A stretch of 64,000 bases of DNA from Guillardia theta CCMP2712 (lineage: Eukaryota > Protista > Cryptophyta). The notes beneath the pieces were generated by a model. That model was not told the origin of the DNA and did not search any database. It was given only the letters and a program-made list of their open reading frames with translations. The stretch's first letter is position 1. Every line of letters begins with the position of its first letter. A program made the position numbers and the translations under genes. The stretch is taken from positions 408,134 through 472,133 of the forward strand of contig NW_005434646.1 of NCBI RefSeq assembly GCF_000315625.1, written 5' to 3'. Positions 1-14,631 of the stretch are shown here, in pieces.

Positions 1-666
1 TCGCCTACGGAGTCTTCAAGGTCTCCTCTGACTGGTTGCCCTGTGGGCCAGTGACGTGGGATGGTGGTGCAGAGAGACGTCTTCCTCTTCAAGGCTCTCT
101 CGATCTCCCAGCTCGTCTTGTTGTATGCGTCAGCCGTCACCAACAACTTCACCGACCTCTCGCTCGCCTTGAAGTGAGCCTCTCCTCCTGTTGTCTGCTC
201 TCTCGCTCACATGCCTCCTCCTCTCCAGGACTAGCCCCATCGACTACGCCATGATCTTCGGAGGCTATGCTCTCTCCATCTACACCACCTTCCAGGTTGC
301 TCCTCTCCTCTATTCTGGTAGCTTCGCCACTGACTTGCCCCTCAGCTCGGTGTTGATGGAACTTACTTCGGGATTGAGCTCGGCTTCGTCAAGGTAGAGG
401 AGGAGAAGAGGATGCGGGAGGAGCTGACACGTCGGCAGGCCTCCAAGCACTACGTGCAGAAGTTCCCCTACGGCGTGATCCCTCACCCCATGATCCTCTC
501 CCAGTGCGTCGCCATGCTCGGTTTCATGCGTGCGGAGGCCTTCAGGTCCAGCTGGCCCTACCTCGTGCCCGCGCACGTGTGCCTGTACATGGTGCACATG
601 CTGCAGGAGCACTTTGACATCTACAAGAACAAGGCGAGCAAGTCTGTTTCTTTGAAGAGCGCGTGA
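1..666 (+). CDS. 3' exons of a protein with a phospholipid methyltransferase (PEMT-like) domain; 5' end lies outside the window
   Basis: Spliced exons read YGVFK|RDVFLFKALS...|PIDYAMIFGGYALSIYTTFQ|LGVDGTYFGIELGFVK|ASKHYVQKFPYGVIPHPMILSQ...SA*. LG..GTY.G...G and FP..V..HPM resemble PEMT-family motifs. Introns are GT-AG. Confidence 0.65.
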
Positions 667-792
667 AGATGTAGACATAGAAGAGAAAGAAGGGGACGTG
701 AAGGGAAAAAAACAAAAGATCAAATGTGAAGAATTAAAGTCAGACCAACATCCTCCGCTCAAATCTCATCCGATTTCATTACATTACTGCTC

Positions 793-4988
<4,196 letters not shown>

Positions 4989-5395
4989 GGTTGCTCCTGA
5001 AAGACTGCAACTTGAGCTCAATCGTCCAGAGAAGAAACCTCGCGCCCTGGCTCCTTCCTTCACAATCGCTCCGCAACCACTTATGTCCTTCCAACCTTCA
5101 TGCACGATCCTCCCAACCCGATCTCTCTCTCAGATTATTGAGCGTCCTCCTCTTTGCTATCCTGCCTTCTTCTCCTATCCTTCCACCACGTTCCGTGGCC
5201 ACATGGGGGCCGTGCAGCCGCCATCGTGATCGCCTGCATATAGTAATATACCTGCTAGTAGGAGACGCGGTTGTCGTACTCATCGTGTACGAAAATATTG
5301 TACCGATCGATCAATCATCGTTACCACTATCTAAGTTGTGAGGGAAATAATAATGAAAATTTATTATAAACTTATACAAAATTAAAAACAAATTT

Positions 5396-5437
5396 GTAAA
5401 TTCTGTACCATACCTGGTAAATTCTGTACCATACCTG
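5396..5437. repeat. 21-bp perfect direct repeat in an AT-rich island
   Basis: GTAAATTCTGTACCATACCTG x2. Confidence 0.9.
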
Positions 5438-6105
5438 TAGATTTCTCTCTAAATGTGGTACAACAATTACTGCCGGGTCACGAGTCACTTCAAGCCGGAG
5501 GCTGTGACAGTGACTCTGTGAACGGTCGGAACTTTGAGCACGGTCGAGCCACTGAGTGGCCCTCGGACAGCGAGAGCCGCTTCCAAGTCGGCGGGCTGCG
5601 AATGTGACACGGAAACTGAGAGACTGTACTGTAACTGCATGCCACATCGGCCGGGGATCATGACCATGGTGCTCTTCTTCCTTCCTCTTCTTTTTCTCTC
5701 TCGGAGTCCTTCGGAGTTCGGAAGTTCCTCTCCGGCCGCTTACTTGCGGCTACAGCACTGTCGGATACAACTCATCAGGGCCCCGGCTCAGTCACGGTCG
5801 CGTCCGCGCCCGGCCCGGGCGGCCGCAAAGACCATCATGCCGACGGTGCCCCGAGTCACTGACTCAGGCTGGCATCATTCGCCGGCAGACTCGATGCCGA
5901 TGATGACTGATACCACCCGGCCTCATCCCCGCCCGGCCAGACTCCGGCCCCCGGAAAGTTTTCACAACTTGATTTCAGTGACATCGAAACTAAACAATAA
6001 CAATTGAAATTTGAAGGGGTATATGGCCTACAATATTTGTGTGTCACGCTGTACAGGTTCCGAGGCGGGCCCAGCTGCTGTGGTCGCCAGTCTGCTTTGC
6101 TGGCC

Positions 6106-6546
6106 ATGGCCTTCACAGTGCGAGAGGAGGGCAAGGGAAAGTTGGACAGAGAGGAAGAAAGATCTGCACGGAAGAGGGAAATGAATAGATTGAGGCAACA
6201 GAAGAAGAGGAGCTTGGAAAACGAGGAACAAAAATCTGCACGAAAAGCAAGCAATAGAATACGTCAAGTCAAGAAGAGGAGTATGGAAACAGAGTATGAA
6301 CATTATGCGCGGGTGCAAGAACAACGATGGAGACAATTTAAATTGAGGAAGGCAAGGAGGGAAGAACGACCGGCGCACAAGCTTGGATTGCAACACAGGC
6401 CTGACATGTCATTGACCAAAGACAACAATGGCATGGCATGCGATGAATCGCTGGATCAAGAGGCTGCACACAAGGAAGAACGACCGGCACGTCACAGTAT
6501 GGAAGACGAAAGAGGTGAGGTGCCAGAGACTCAGTTCCGAAAGTAA
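6106..6546 (+). CDS. 146-aa basic protein with three ~23-aa STPR-like repeats
   Basis: REEERSARKREMNRLRQQKKRSLE / NEEQKSARKASNRIRQVKKRSME / TEYEHYARVQEQRWRQFKLRKAR; start context GCCATGG. Confidence 0.5.
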   Translation: MAFTVREEGKGKLDREEERSARKREMNRLRQQKKRSLENEEQKSARKASNRIRQVKKRSMETEYEHYARVQEQRWRQFKLRKARREERPAHKLGLQHRPDMSLTKDNNGMACDESLDQEAAHKEERPARHSMEDERGEVPETQFRK

Positions 6547-6660
6547 AGGAATTCAATACTGTTTGACCCGATTCCTGAGCGAACATTGAGAGCCTCCTAG
6601 TAGCAAACAACCATCTCAGCCTTCTTGACTTCATACGATAAAACTCGAAAAACATCACTA

Positions 6661-7674
6661 TCACTGCCGGGGCCGCATGGACTGGCACAGACGCCACACC
6701 TTGAACGCGTACTCGTTGAGCCTCCTCACGTCCTCGCCCTTCATCGCCTCCGGCAGCCCAGGGGGCAGAGGGACCTGCACGCCCAGCTCTCCTTCGCACG
6801 GCAGCAGGCAGGTGTAGAGCACGTTGCAGTAGGTGATGTAGTCCGCCAGCTTCTGCCGGCTCCTGCAGTCCCTCAGCTTCAGCCTCTTCGGGCAGATGGC
6901 GTCCCATGCATACATCATAAACTTGTCTCTGATCCCAGGCCTCTCCTGCTCGCTCGAGATGCTGGCCGCAAGCTCCGCCGCCCTCCCGACTCGCCGGAGA
7001 AGCTCCGCTCGCTGCTCCGCCGTGGCTGCATTCCCTTGTCGATAGCCCTCGCAGGCCCTGGGCTCAAGCTGCTCAAGCTCGCGGCTCATCTGGATCCCAG
7101 CCGAGTCGCACACCTTCTTGGCGCAGTCCCAGATGCACTGGTAGTACACGCAGACGGGCCGGATGTCGTCGACCCTGCTGTGAACCTTCTTGGAGACCTT
7201 GAGCAGCGACCCAAGCTTCCACACGATCTTCTTCCTCCTCCGCTCCAACGCCCTCTCGCCCTCTCCTCGCTGCCTCTTGACCGGTGCGTCTACGGAGGGA
7301 GCAGTGTAGCCGTCGACAAGCGGGCGCTTCTTGAGGATAGGCTTCCTGGTGTCGATCAAGGCCGGGTAGGCGGCGGGCGCGGCGGGCGCGGCATCCCCGT
7401 CTCTGCCAGCAAGGAAGTCTCTGAAGCTCGCGGGGTCGGTGATGTCGAGCACGGCTGCTGAGGTGTCAGATATCGGCCTGGCGAGCGCAGCGCAGCGATC
7501 CAAAGTCGCAAGGGCGTCGGAGTAGCTGGTCGGCGGAGGGCAGCAGGGTGCTGCGGAGGGTGCTGGGGCAGGGGGGCAGGGCATCGCTACTTGTCGTAGC
7601 ATAGGAGGAGGCATGATGGAGACGGTCTGCACGGGCAGTCTGTCTTGTTGGCTCGGGCGTGTTGTATAAGGCAT
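6661..7674 (-). CDS. Orphan array protein, terminal copy (337 aa, unique C-terminus ...MRPRQ*)
   Basis: Intronless ORF with Pro/Ala-rich N-terminus, basic KKRP..KRQR..RRRKK motifs and a Cys/Trp-containing helical C-terminal half; no family recognised. Confidence 0.7.
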   Translation of the reverse strand: MPYTTRPSQQDRLPVQTVSIMPPPMLRQVAMPCPPAPAPSAAPCCPPPTSYSDALATLDRCAALARPISDTSAAVLDITDPASFRDFLAGRDGDAAPAAPAAYPALIDTRKPILKKRPLVDGYTAPSVDAPVKRQRGEGERALERRRKKIVWKLGSLLKVSKKVHSRVDDIRPVCVYYQCIWDCAKKVCDSAGIQMSRELEQLEPRACEGYRQGNAATAEQRAELLRRVGRAAELAASISSEQERPGIRDKFMMYAWDAICPKRLKLRDCRSRQKLADYITYCNVLYTCLLPCEGELGVQVPLPPGLPEAMKGEDVRRLNEYAFKVWRLCQSMRPRQ

Positions 7675-8631
7675 GTCAGGGACGGCGTCAACAGCAGGGA
7701 CCCTGGACTCCTTTTGTAGGCTTTCGAGTCCCTCCCCCTACCCCCTACCTCTACCCCCTACCCCCTCTCGGTCTCCGTACCCCTATGCTCGATCGCGCTC
7801 GAGGGCTAGTACCCTCTCTGAACCATGATGTCCATCATATCTGGACGGGTACAGCTTCATCTACCCTACCCTCTTCTTGACTCTTGCTTCCCCCTACCCC
7901 GTAGTCACTAGGATCGGAGTTCGTGGTTGCCCACCCACAAACTCGCACAAGCTCGACGGGAGCAGGAGGAGCAAACGAGGGCAACCGGGAGAGGAGTAAA
8001 GGAAGCAAGACGGCAGGAGCATCCGATGAGGCACGGAAAGCAAGAGCAAGCGTACAGCAACAGACAGCAACAGCGCATCAACTGCAACTGCCGAAAGCCT
8101 ATGCTCATCTCAAGTCTACATGTCTAGGTCCACTGCAGGTGCAAAGCTCATCCGTGTGCGACCATAAGCGGACGGTAAGAGCATGCGCAGAAGCAGAAGC
8201 AGTCCTGCGCAAGTGCAACGCTCCATCGCAAAGTGCGTCAGCAGCAGCTAGCTGTGATCGGAGACCAACAGCACCCCAAAGTAGTCTCATACTAGAGGCT
8301 GCTTTACTGTTTTATCATAGGGGATCAGATCATTCCGCTTCTCCAGAGACCTCGGAGCACACAAAGACGCGGTCTAGCTCGCTTTGTCCTAGACATGGCA
8401 GCCTGGTGGGGACTTGCTTGCTCTCAGCCGAGAGATCGTTGACGTGTCGCTCGGCACAGACATGCTCGTACACGCCGACGCAGAGGCTTCAAGAGGTCGT
8501 TCACGTACAGGCGTCAATGCAAGATCGTCTCGGAGACACTGGAGACCTAGCGCCTCTGCCTTGGACTGACGGCCAGGCCCTCGGAGGCTCACCTCCTCCT
8601 CGGGCGCATAACAAGATGCCCTCCCTCCCTC

Positions 8632-9672
8632 TCAGCCTCTCAGCGACCGCCTCCCCATGTCCTCCGGGGGCCGCATTGACTGGCACAGACGCCACACCTT
8701 GAACGCGTACTCGTTGAGCCTCCTCACGTCCTCGCCCTTCATCGCCTCCGGCAGCCCAGGGGGCAGAGGGACCTGCACGCCCAGCTCTCCTTCGCACGGC
8801 AGCAGGCAGGTGTAGAGCACGTTGCAGTAGGTGATGTAGTCCGCCAGCTTCTGCCGGCTCCTGCAGTCCCTCAGCTTCAGCCTCTTCGGGCAGATGGCGT
8901 CCCATGCATACATCATAAACTTGTCTCTGATCCCAGGCCTCTCCTGCTCGCTCGAGATGCTGGCCGCAAGCTCCGCCGCCCTCCCGACTCGCCGGAGAAG
9001 CTCCGCTCGCTGCTCCGCCGTGGCTGCATTCCCTTGTCGATAGCCCTCGCAGGCCCTGGGCTCCAGCTGCTCAAGCTCGCGGCTCATCTGGATCCCAGCC
9101 GAGTCGCACACCTTCTTGGCGCAGTCCCAGATGCACTGGTAGTACACGCAGACGGGCCGGATGTCGTCGACCCTGCTGTAAACCTTCTTGGAGACCTTGA
9201 GCAGCGACCCAAGCTTCCACACGATCTTCTTCCTCCTCCGCTCCAACGCCCTCTCGCCCTCTCCTCGCTGCCTCTTGACCGGTGCGTCTGCGGAGGGAGC
9301 AGTGTAGCCGTCGACAAGCGGGCGCTTCTTGAGGATAGGCTTCCTGGTGTCGATCAAGGCCGGGTAGGCGGCGGGCGCGGCGGGCGCGGCATCCCCGTCT
9401 CTGCCAGCAAGGAAGTCTCTGAAGCTCGCGGGGTCGGTGATGTCGAGCACGGCTGCTGAGGTGTCAGATATCGGCCTGGCGAGCGCAGCGCAGCGATCCA
9501 AAGTCGCAAGGGCGTCGGAGTAGCTGGTCGGCGGAGGGCAGCAGGGTGCTGCGGAGGGTGCTGGGGCAGGGGGGCAGGGCATCGCTACTGGTCGTAGCAT
9601 AGGAGGAGGCATGATGGAGACGGTCTGCACGGGCAGTCTGTCTTGTTGGCTCGGGCGTGTTGTATAAGGCAT
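8632..9672 (-). CDS. Orphan array protein copy 2 (346 aa)
   Basis: Intact ORF, near-identical to the other copies. Confidence 0.7.
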   Translation of the reverse strand: MPYTTRPSQQDRLPVQTVSIMPPPMLRPVAMPCPPAPAPSAAPCCPPPTSYSDALATLDRCAALARPISDTSAAVLDITDPASFRDFLAGRDGDAAPAAPAAYPALIDTRKPILKKRPLVDGYTAPSADAPVKRQRGEGERALERRRKKIVWKLGSLLKVSKKVYSRVDDIRPVCVYYQCIWDCAKKVCDSAGIQMSRELEQLEPRACEGYRQGNAATAEQRAELLRRVGRAAELAASISSEQERPGIRDKFMMYAWDAICPKRLKLRDCRSRQKLADYITYCNVLYTCLLPCEGELGVQVPLPPGLPEAMKGEDVRRLNEYAFKVWRLCQSMRPPEDMGRRSLRG

Positions 9673-10629
9673 GTCAGGGACGGCGTCAACAGCAGGGACC
9701 CTGGACTCCTTTTGTAGGCTTTCGAGTCCCTCCCCCTACCCCCTACCTCTACCCCCTACCCCCTCTCGGTCTCCGTACCCCTATGCTCGATCGCGCTTGA
9801 GGGCTAGTACCCTCTCTGAACCATGATGTCCATCATATCTGGACGGGTACAGCTTCATCTACCCTACCCTCTTCTTGACTCTTGCTTCCCCCTACCCCGT
9901 AGTCACTAGGATCGGAGTTCGTGGTTGCCCACCCACAAACTCGCACAAGCTCGACGGGAGCAGGAGGAGCAAACGAGGGCAACCGGGAGAGGAGTAAAGG
10001 AAGCAAGACGGCAGGAGCATCCGATGAGGCACGGAAAGCAAGAGCAAGCGTACAGCAACAGACAGCAACAGCGCATCAACTGCAACTGCCGAAAGCCTAT
10101 GCTCATCTCAAGTCTACATGTCTAGGTCCACTGCAGGTGCAAAGCTCATCCGTGTGCGACCATAAGCGGACGGTAAGAGCATGCGCAGTTGCAGAAGCAG
10201 TCCTGCGCAAGTGCCACGCTCCATCGCAAAGTGCGTCAGCAGCAGCTAGCTGTGATCGGAGACCAACAGCACCCCAAAGTAGTCTCATACTAGAGGCTGC
10301 TTTACTGTTTTATCATAGGGGATCAGATCATTCCGCTTCTCCAGAGACCTCGGAGCACACAAAGACGCGGTCTAGCTCGCTTTGTCCTAGACATGGCAGC
10401 CTGGTGGGGACTTGCTTGCTCTCAGCCGAGAGATCGTTGACGTGTCGCTCAGCACAGACATGCTCGTACACGCCGACGCAGAGGCTTCAAGAGGTCGTTC
10501 ACGTACAGGCGTCAATGCAAGATCGTCTCGGAGACACTGGAGACCTAGCGCCTCTGCCTTGGACTGACGGCCAGGCCCTCGGAGGCTCACCTCCTCCTCG
10601 GGCGCATAACAAGATGCCCTCCCTCCCTC

Positions 10630-11670
10630 TCAGCCTCTCAGCGACCGCCTCCCCATGTCCTCCGGGGGCCGCATTGACTGGCACAGACGCCACACCTTGA
10701 ACGCGTACTCGTTGAGCCTCCTCACGTCCTCGCCCTTCATCGCCTCCGGCAGCCCAGGGGGCAGAGGGACCTGCACGCCCAGCTCTCCTTCGCACGGCAG
10801 CAGGCAGGTGTAGAGCACGTTGCAGTAGGTGATGTAGTCCGCCAGCTTCTGCCGGCTCCTGCAGTCCCTCAGCTTCAGCCTCTTCGGGCAGATGGCGTCC
10901 CATGCATACATCATAAACTTGTCTCTGATCCCAGGCCTCTCCTGCTCGCTCGAGATGCTGGCCACAAGCTCCGCCGCCCTCCCGACTCGCCGGAGAAGCT
11001 CCGCTCGCTGCTCCGCCGTGGCTGCATTCCCTTGTCGATAGCCCTCGCAGGCCCTGGGCTCAAGCTGCTCAAGCTCGCGGCTCATCTGGATCCCAGCCGA
11101 GTCGCACACCTTCTTGGCGCAGTCCCAGATGCACTGGTAGTACACGCAGACGGGCCGGATGTCGTCGACCCTGCTGTAAACCTTCTTGGAGACCTTGAGC
11201 AGCGACCCAAGCTTCCACACGATCTTCTTCCTCCTCCGCTCCAACGCCCTCTCGCCCTCTCTTCGCTGCCTCTTGACCGGTGCGTCTACGGAGGGAGCAG
11301 TGTAGCCGTCGACAAGCGGGCGCTTCTTGAGGATAGGCTTCCTGGTGTCGATCAAGGCCGGGTAGGCGGCGGGCGCGGCGGGCGCGGCATCCCCGTCTCT
11401 GCCAGCAAGGAAGTCTCTGAAGCTCGCGGGGTCGGTGATGTCGAGCACGGCTGCTGAGGTGTCAGATATCGGCCTGGCGAGCGCAGCGCAGCGATCCAAG
11501 GTCGCAAGGGCGTCGGAGTAGCTGGTCGGCGGAGGGCAGCAGGGTGCTGCGGAGGGCGCTGGGGCAGGGGGGCAGGGCATCGCTACTGGTCGTAGCATAG
11601 GAGGAGGCATGATGGAGACGGTCTGCACGGGCAGTCTGTCTTGTTGGCTCGGGCGTGTTGTATGCGGCAT
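10630..11670 (-). CDS. Orphan array protein copy 3 (346 aa)
   Basis: Intact ORF with private Y3H, G>R and A>V substitutions. Confidence 0.7.
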   Translation of the reverse strand: MPHTTRPSQQDRLPVQTVSIMPPPMLRPVAMPCPPAPAPSAAPCCPPPTSYSDALATLDRCAALARPISDTSAAVLDITDPASFRDFLAGRDGDAAPAAPAAYPALIDTRKPILKKRPLVDGYTAPSVDAPVKRQRREGERALERRRKKIVWKLGSLLKVSKKVYSRVDDIRPVCVYYQCIWDCAKKVCDSAGIQMSRELEQLEPRACEGYRQGNAATAEQRAELLRRVGRAAELVASISSEQERPGIRDKFMMYAWDAICPKRLKLRDCRSRQKLADYITYCNVLYTCLLPCEGELGVQVPLPPGLPEAMKGEDVRRLNEYAFKVWRLCQSMRPPEDMGRRSLRG

Positions 11671-12625
11671 GTCAGGGACGGCGTGAACAGCAGGGACCCT
11701 GGACTCCTTTTGTAGGCTTTCGAGTCCCTCCCCCTACCCCCTACCTCTACCCTACCCCCTCTCGGTCTCCGTACCCCTATGCTCGATCGCGCTTGAGGGC
11801 TAGTACCCTCTCTGAACCATGATGTCCATCATATCTGGACGGGTACAGCTTCATCTACCCTACCCTCTTCTTGACTCTTGCTTCCCCCTACCCCGTAGTC
11901 ACTAGGATCGGAGTTCGTGGTTGCCCACCCACAAACTCGCACAAGCTCGACGGGAGCAGGAGGAGCAAACGAGGGCAACCGGGAGAGGAGTAAAGGAAGC
12001 AAGACGGCAGGAGCATCCGATGAGGCACGGAAAGCAAGAGCAAGCGTACAGCAACAGACAGCAACAGCGCATCAACTGCAACTGCCGAAAGCCTATGCTC
12101 ATCTCAAGTCTACATGTCTAGGTCCACTGCAGGTGCAAAGCTCATCCGTGTGCGACCATAAGCGGACGGTAAGAGCATGCGCAGAAGCAGAAGCAGTCCT
12201 GCGCAAGTGCAACGCTCCATCGCAAAGTGCGTCAGCAGCAGCTAGCTGTGATCGGAGACCAACAGCACCCCAAAGTAGTCTCATACTAGAGGCTGCTTTA
12301 CTGTTTTATCATAGGGGATCAGATCATTCCGCTTCTCCAGAGACCTCGGAGCACACAAAGACGCGGTCTAGCTCGCTTTGTCCTAGACATGGCAGCCTGG
12401 TGGGGACTTGCTTGCTCTCAGCCGAGAGATCGTTGACGTGTCGCTCGGCACAGACATGCTCGTACACGCCGACGCAGAGGCTTCAAGAGGTCGTTCACGT
12501 ACAGGCGTCAATGCAAGATCGTCTCGGAGACACTGGAGACCTAGCGCCTCTGCCTTGGACTGACGGCCAGGCCCTCGGAGGCTCACCTCCTCCTCGGGCG
12601 CATAACAAGATGCCCTCCCTCCCTC

Positions 12626-13666
12626 TCAGCCTCTCAGCGACCGCCTCCCCATGTCCTCCGGGGGCCGCATTGACTGGCACAGACGCCACACCTTGAACGC
12701 GTACTCGTTGAGCCTCCTCACGTCCTCGCCCTTCATCGCCTCCGGCAGCCCAGGGGGCAGAGGGACCTGCACGCCCAGCTCTCCTTCGCACGGCAGCAGG
12801 CAGGTGTAGAGCACGTTGCAGTAGGTGATGTAGTCCGCCAGCTTCTGCCGGCTCCTGCAGTCCCTCAGCTTCAGCCTCTTCGGGCAGATGGCGTCCCATG
12901 CATACATCATAAACTTGTCTCTGATCCCAGGCCTCTCCTGCTCGCTCGAGATGCTGGCCGCAAGCTCCGCCGCCCTCCCGACTCGCCGGAGAAGCTCCGC
13001 TCGCTGCTCCGCCGTGGCTGCATTCCCTTGTCGATAGCCCTCGCAGGCCCTGGGCTCAAGCTGCTCAAGCTCGCGGCTCATCTGGATCCCAGCCGAGTCG
13101 CACACCTTCTTGGCGCAGTCCCAGATGCACTGGTAGTACACGCAGACGGGCCGGATGTCGTCGACCCTGCTGTGAACCTTCTTGGAGACCTTGAGCAGCG
13201 ACCCAAGCTTCCACACGATCTTCTTCCTCCTCCGCTCCAACGCCCTCTCGCCCTCTCCTCGCTGCCTCTTGACCGGTGCGTCTACGGAGGGAGCAGTGTA
13301 GCCGTCGACAAGCGGGCGCTTCTTGAGGATAGGCTTCCTGGTGTCGATCAAGGCCGGGTAGGCGGCGGGCGCGGCGGGCGCGGCATCCCCGTCTCTGCCA
13401 GCAAGGAAGTCTCTGAAGCTCGCGGGGTCGGTGATGTCGAGCACGGCTGCTGAGGTGTCAGATATCGGCCTGGCGAGCGCAGCGCAGCGATCCAAAGTCG
13501 CAAGGGCGTCGGAGTAGCTGGTCGGCGGAGGGCAGCAGGGTGCTGCGGAGGGCGCTGGGGCAGGGGGGCAGGGCATCGCTACTGGTCGTAGCATAGGAGG
13601 AGGCATGATGGAGACGGTCTGCACGGGCAGTCTGTCTTGTTGGCTCGGGCGTGTTGTATAAGGCAT
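12626..13666 (-). CDS. Orphan array protein copy 4 (346 aa)
   Basis: Intact ORF. Confidence 0.7.
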   Translation of the reverse strand: MPYTTRPSQQDRLPVQTVSIMPPPMLRPVAMPCPPAPAPSAAPCCPPPTSYSDALATLDRCAALARPISDTSAAVLDITDPASFRDFLAGRDGDAAPAAPAAYPALIDTRKPILKKRPLVDGYTAPSVDAPVKRQRGEGERALERRRKKIVWKLGSLLKVSKKVHSRVDDIRPVCVYYQCIWDCAKKVCDSAGIQMSRELEQLEPRACEGYRQGNAATAEQRAELLRRVGRAAELAASISSEQERPGIRDKFMMYAWDAICPKRLKLRDCRSRQKLADYITYCNVLYTCLLPCEGELGVQVPLPPGLPEAMKGEDVRRLNEYAFKVWRLCQSMRPPEDMGRRSLRG

Positions 13667-14631
13667 GTCAGGGACGGCGTCAACAGCAGGGACCCTGGAC
13701 TCCTTTTGTAGGCTTTCGAGTCCCTCCCCCTACCACCTACCTCTACCCCCTACCCCCTCTCGGTCTCCGTACCCCTATGCTCGATCGCGCTTGAGGGCTA
13801 GTACCCTCTCTGAACCATGATGTCCATCATATCTGGACGGGTACAGCTTCATCTACCCTACCCTCTCCTTGACTCTTGCTTCCCCCTACCCCGTAGTCAC
13901 TAGGATCGGAGTTCGTGGTGCCACCCACAAACTCGCACAAGCTCGACGGGAGCAGGAGGAGCAAACGAGGGCAACCGGGAGAGGAGTAAAGGAAGCAAGA
14001 CGGCAGGAGCATCCGATGAGGCACGGAAAGCAAGAGCAAGTGTACAGCAACAGACAGCAACAGACAGCAACAGCGCATCAACTGCAACTGCCGAAAGCCT
14101 ATGCTCATCTCAAGTCTACATGTCTAGGTCCACTGCAGGTGCAAAGCTCATCCGTGTGCGACCATAAGCGGACGGTAAGAGCATGCGCAGAAGCAGAAGC
14201 AGTCCTGCGCAAGTGCAACGCTCCATCGCAAAGTGCGTCAGCAGCAGCTAGCTGTGATCGGAGACCAACAGCACCCCAAAGTAGTCTCATACTAGAGGCT
14301 GCTTTACTGTTTTATCATAGGGGATCAGATCATTCCGCTTCTCCAGAGACCTCGGAGCACACAAAGACGCGGTCTAGCTCGCTTTGTCCTAGACATGGCA
14401 GCCTGGTGGGGACTTGCTTGCTCTCAGCCGAGAGATCGTTGACGTGTCGCTCAGCACAGACATGCTCGTACACGCCGACGCAGAGGCTTCAAGAGGTCGT
14501 TCACGTACAGGCGTCAATGCAAGATCGTCTCGGAGACACTGGAGACCTAGCGCCTCTGCCTTGGACTGACGGCCAGGCCCTCGGAGGCTCACCTCCTCCT
14601 CGGGCGCATAACAAGATGCCCTCCCTCCCTC

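Noticed and set aside
7675-8631. Hammerhead/HDV ribozyme, snRNA, 5S, tRNA or RNase MRP gene in the 2-kb unit (retrozyme or viroid-like idea)
   Set aside because: CCGATGAG..GAAA lacks the CUGA core and stem II, CCTCCTCG lacks the HDV P1/P3 pairing, and no snRNA/rRNA consensus was found by eye. An Infernal search would be decisive.
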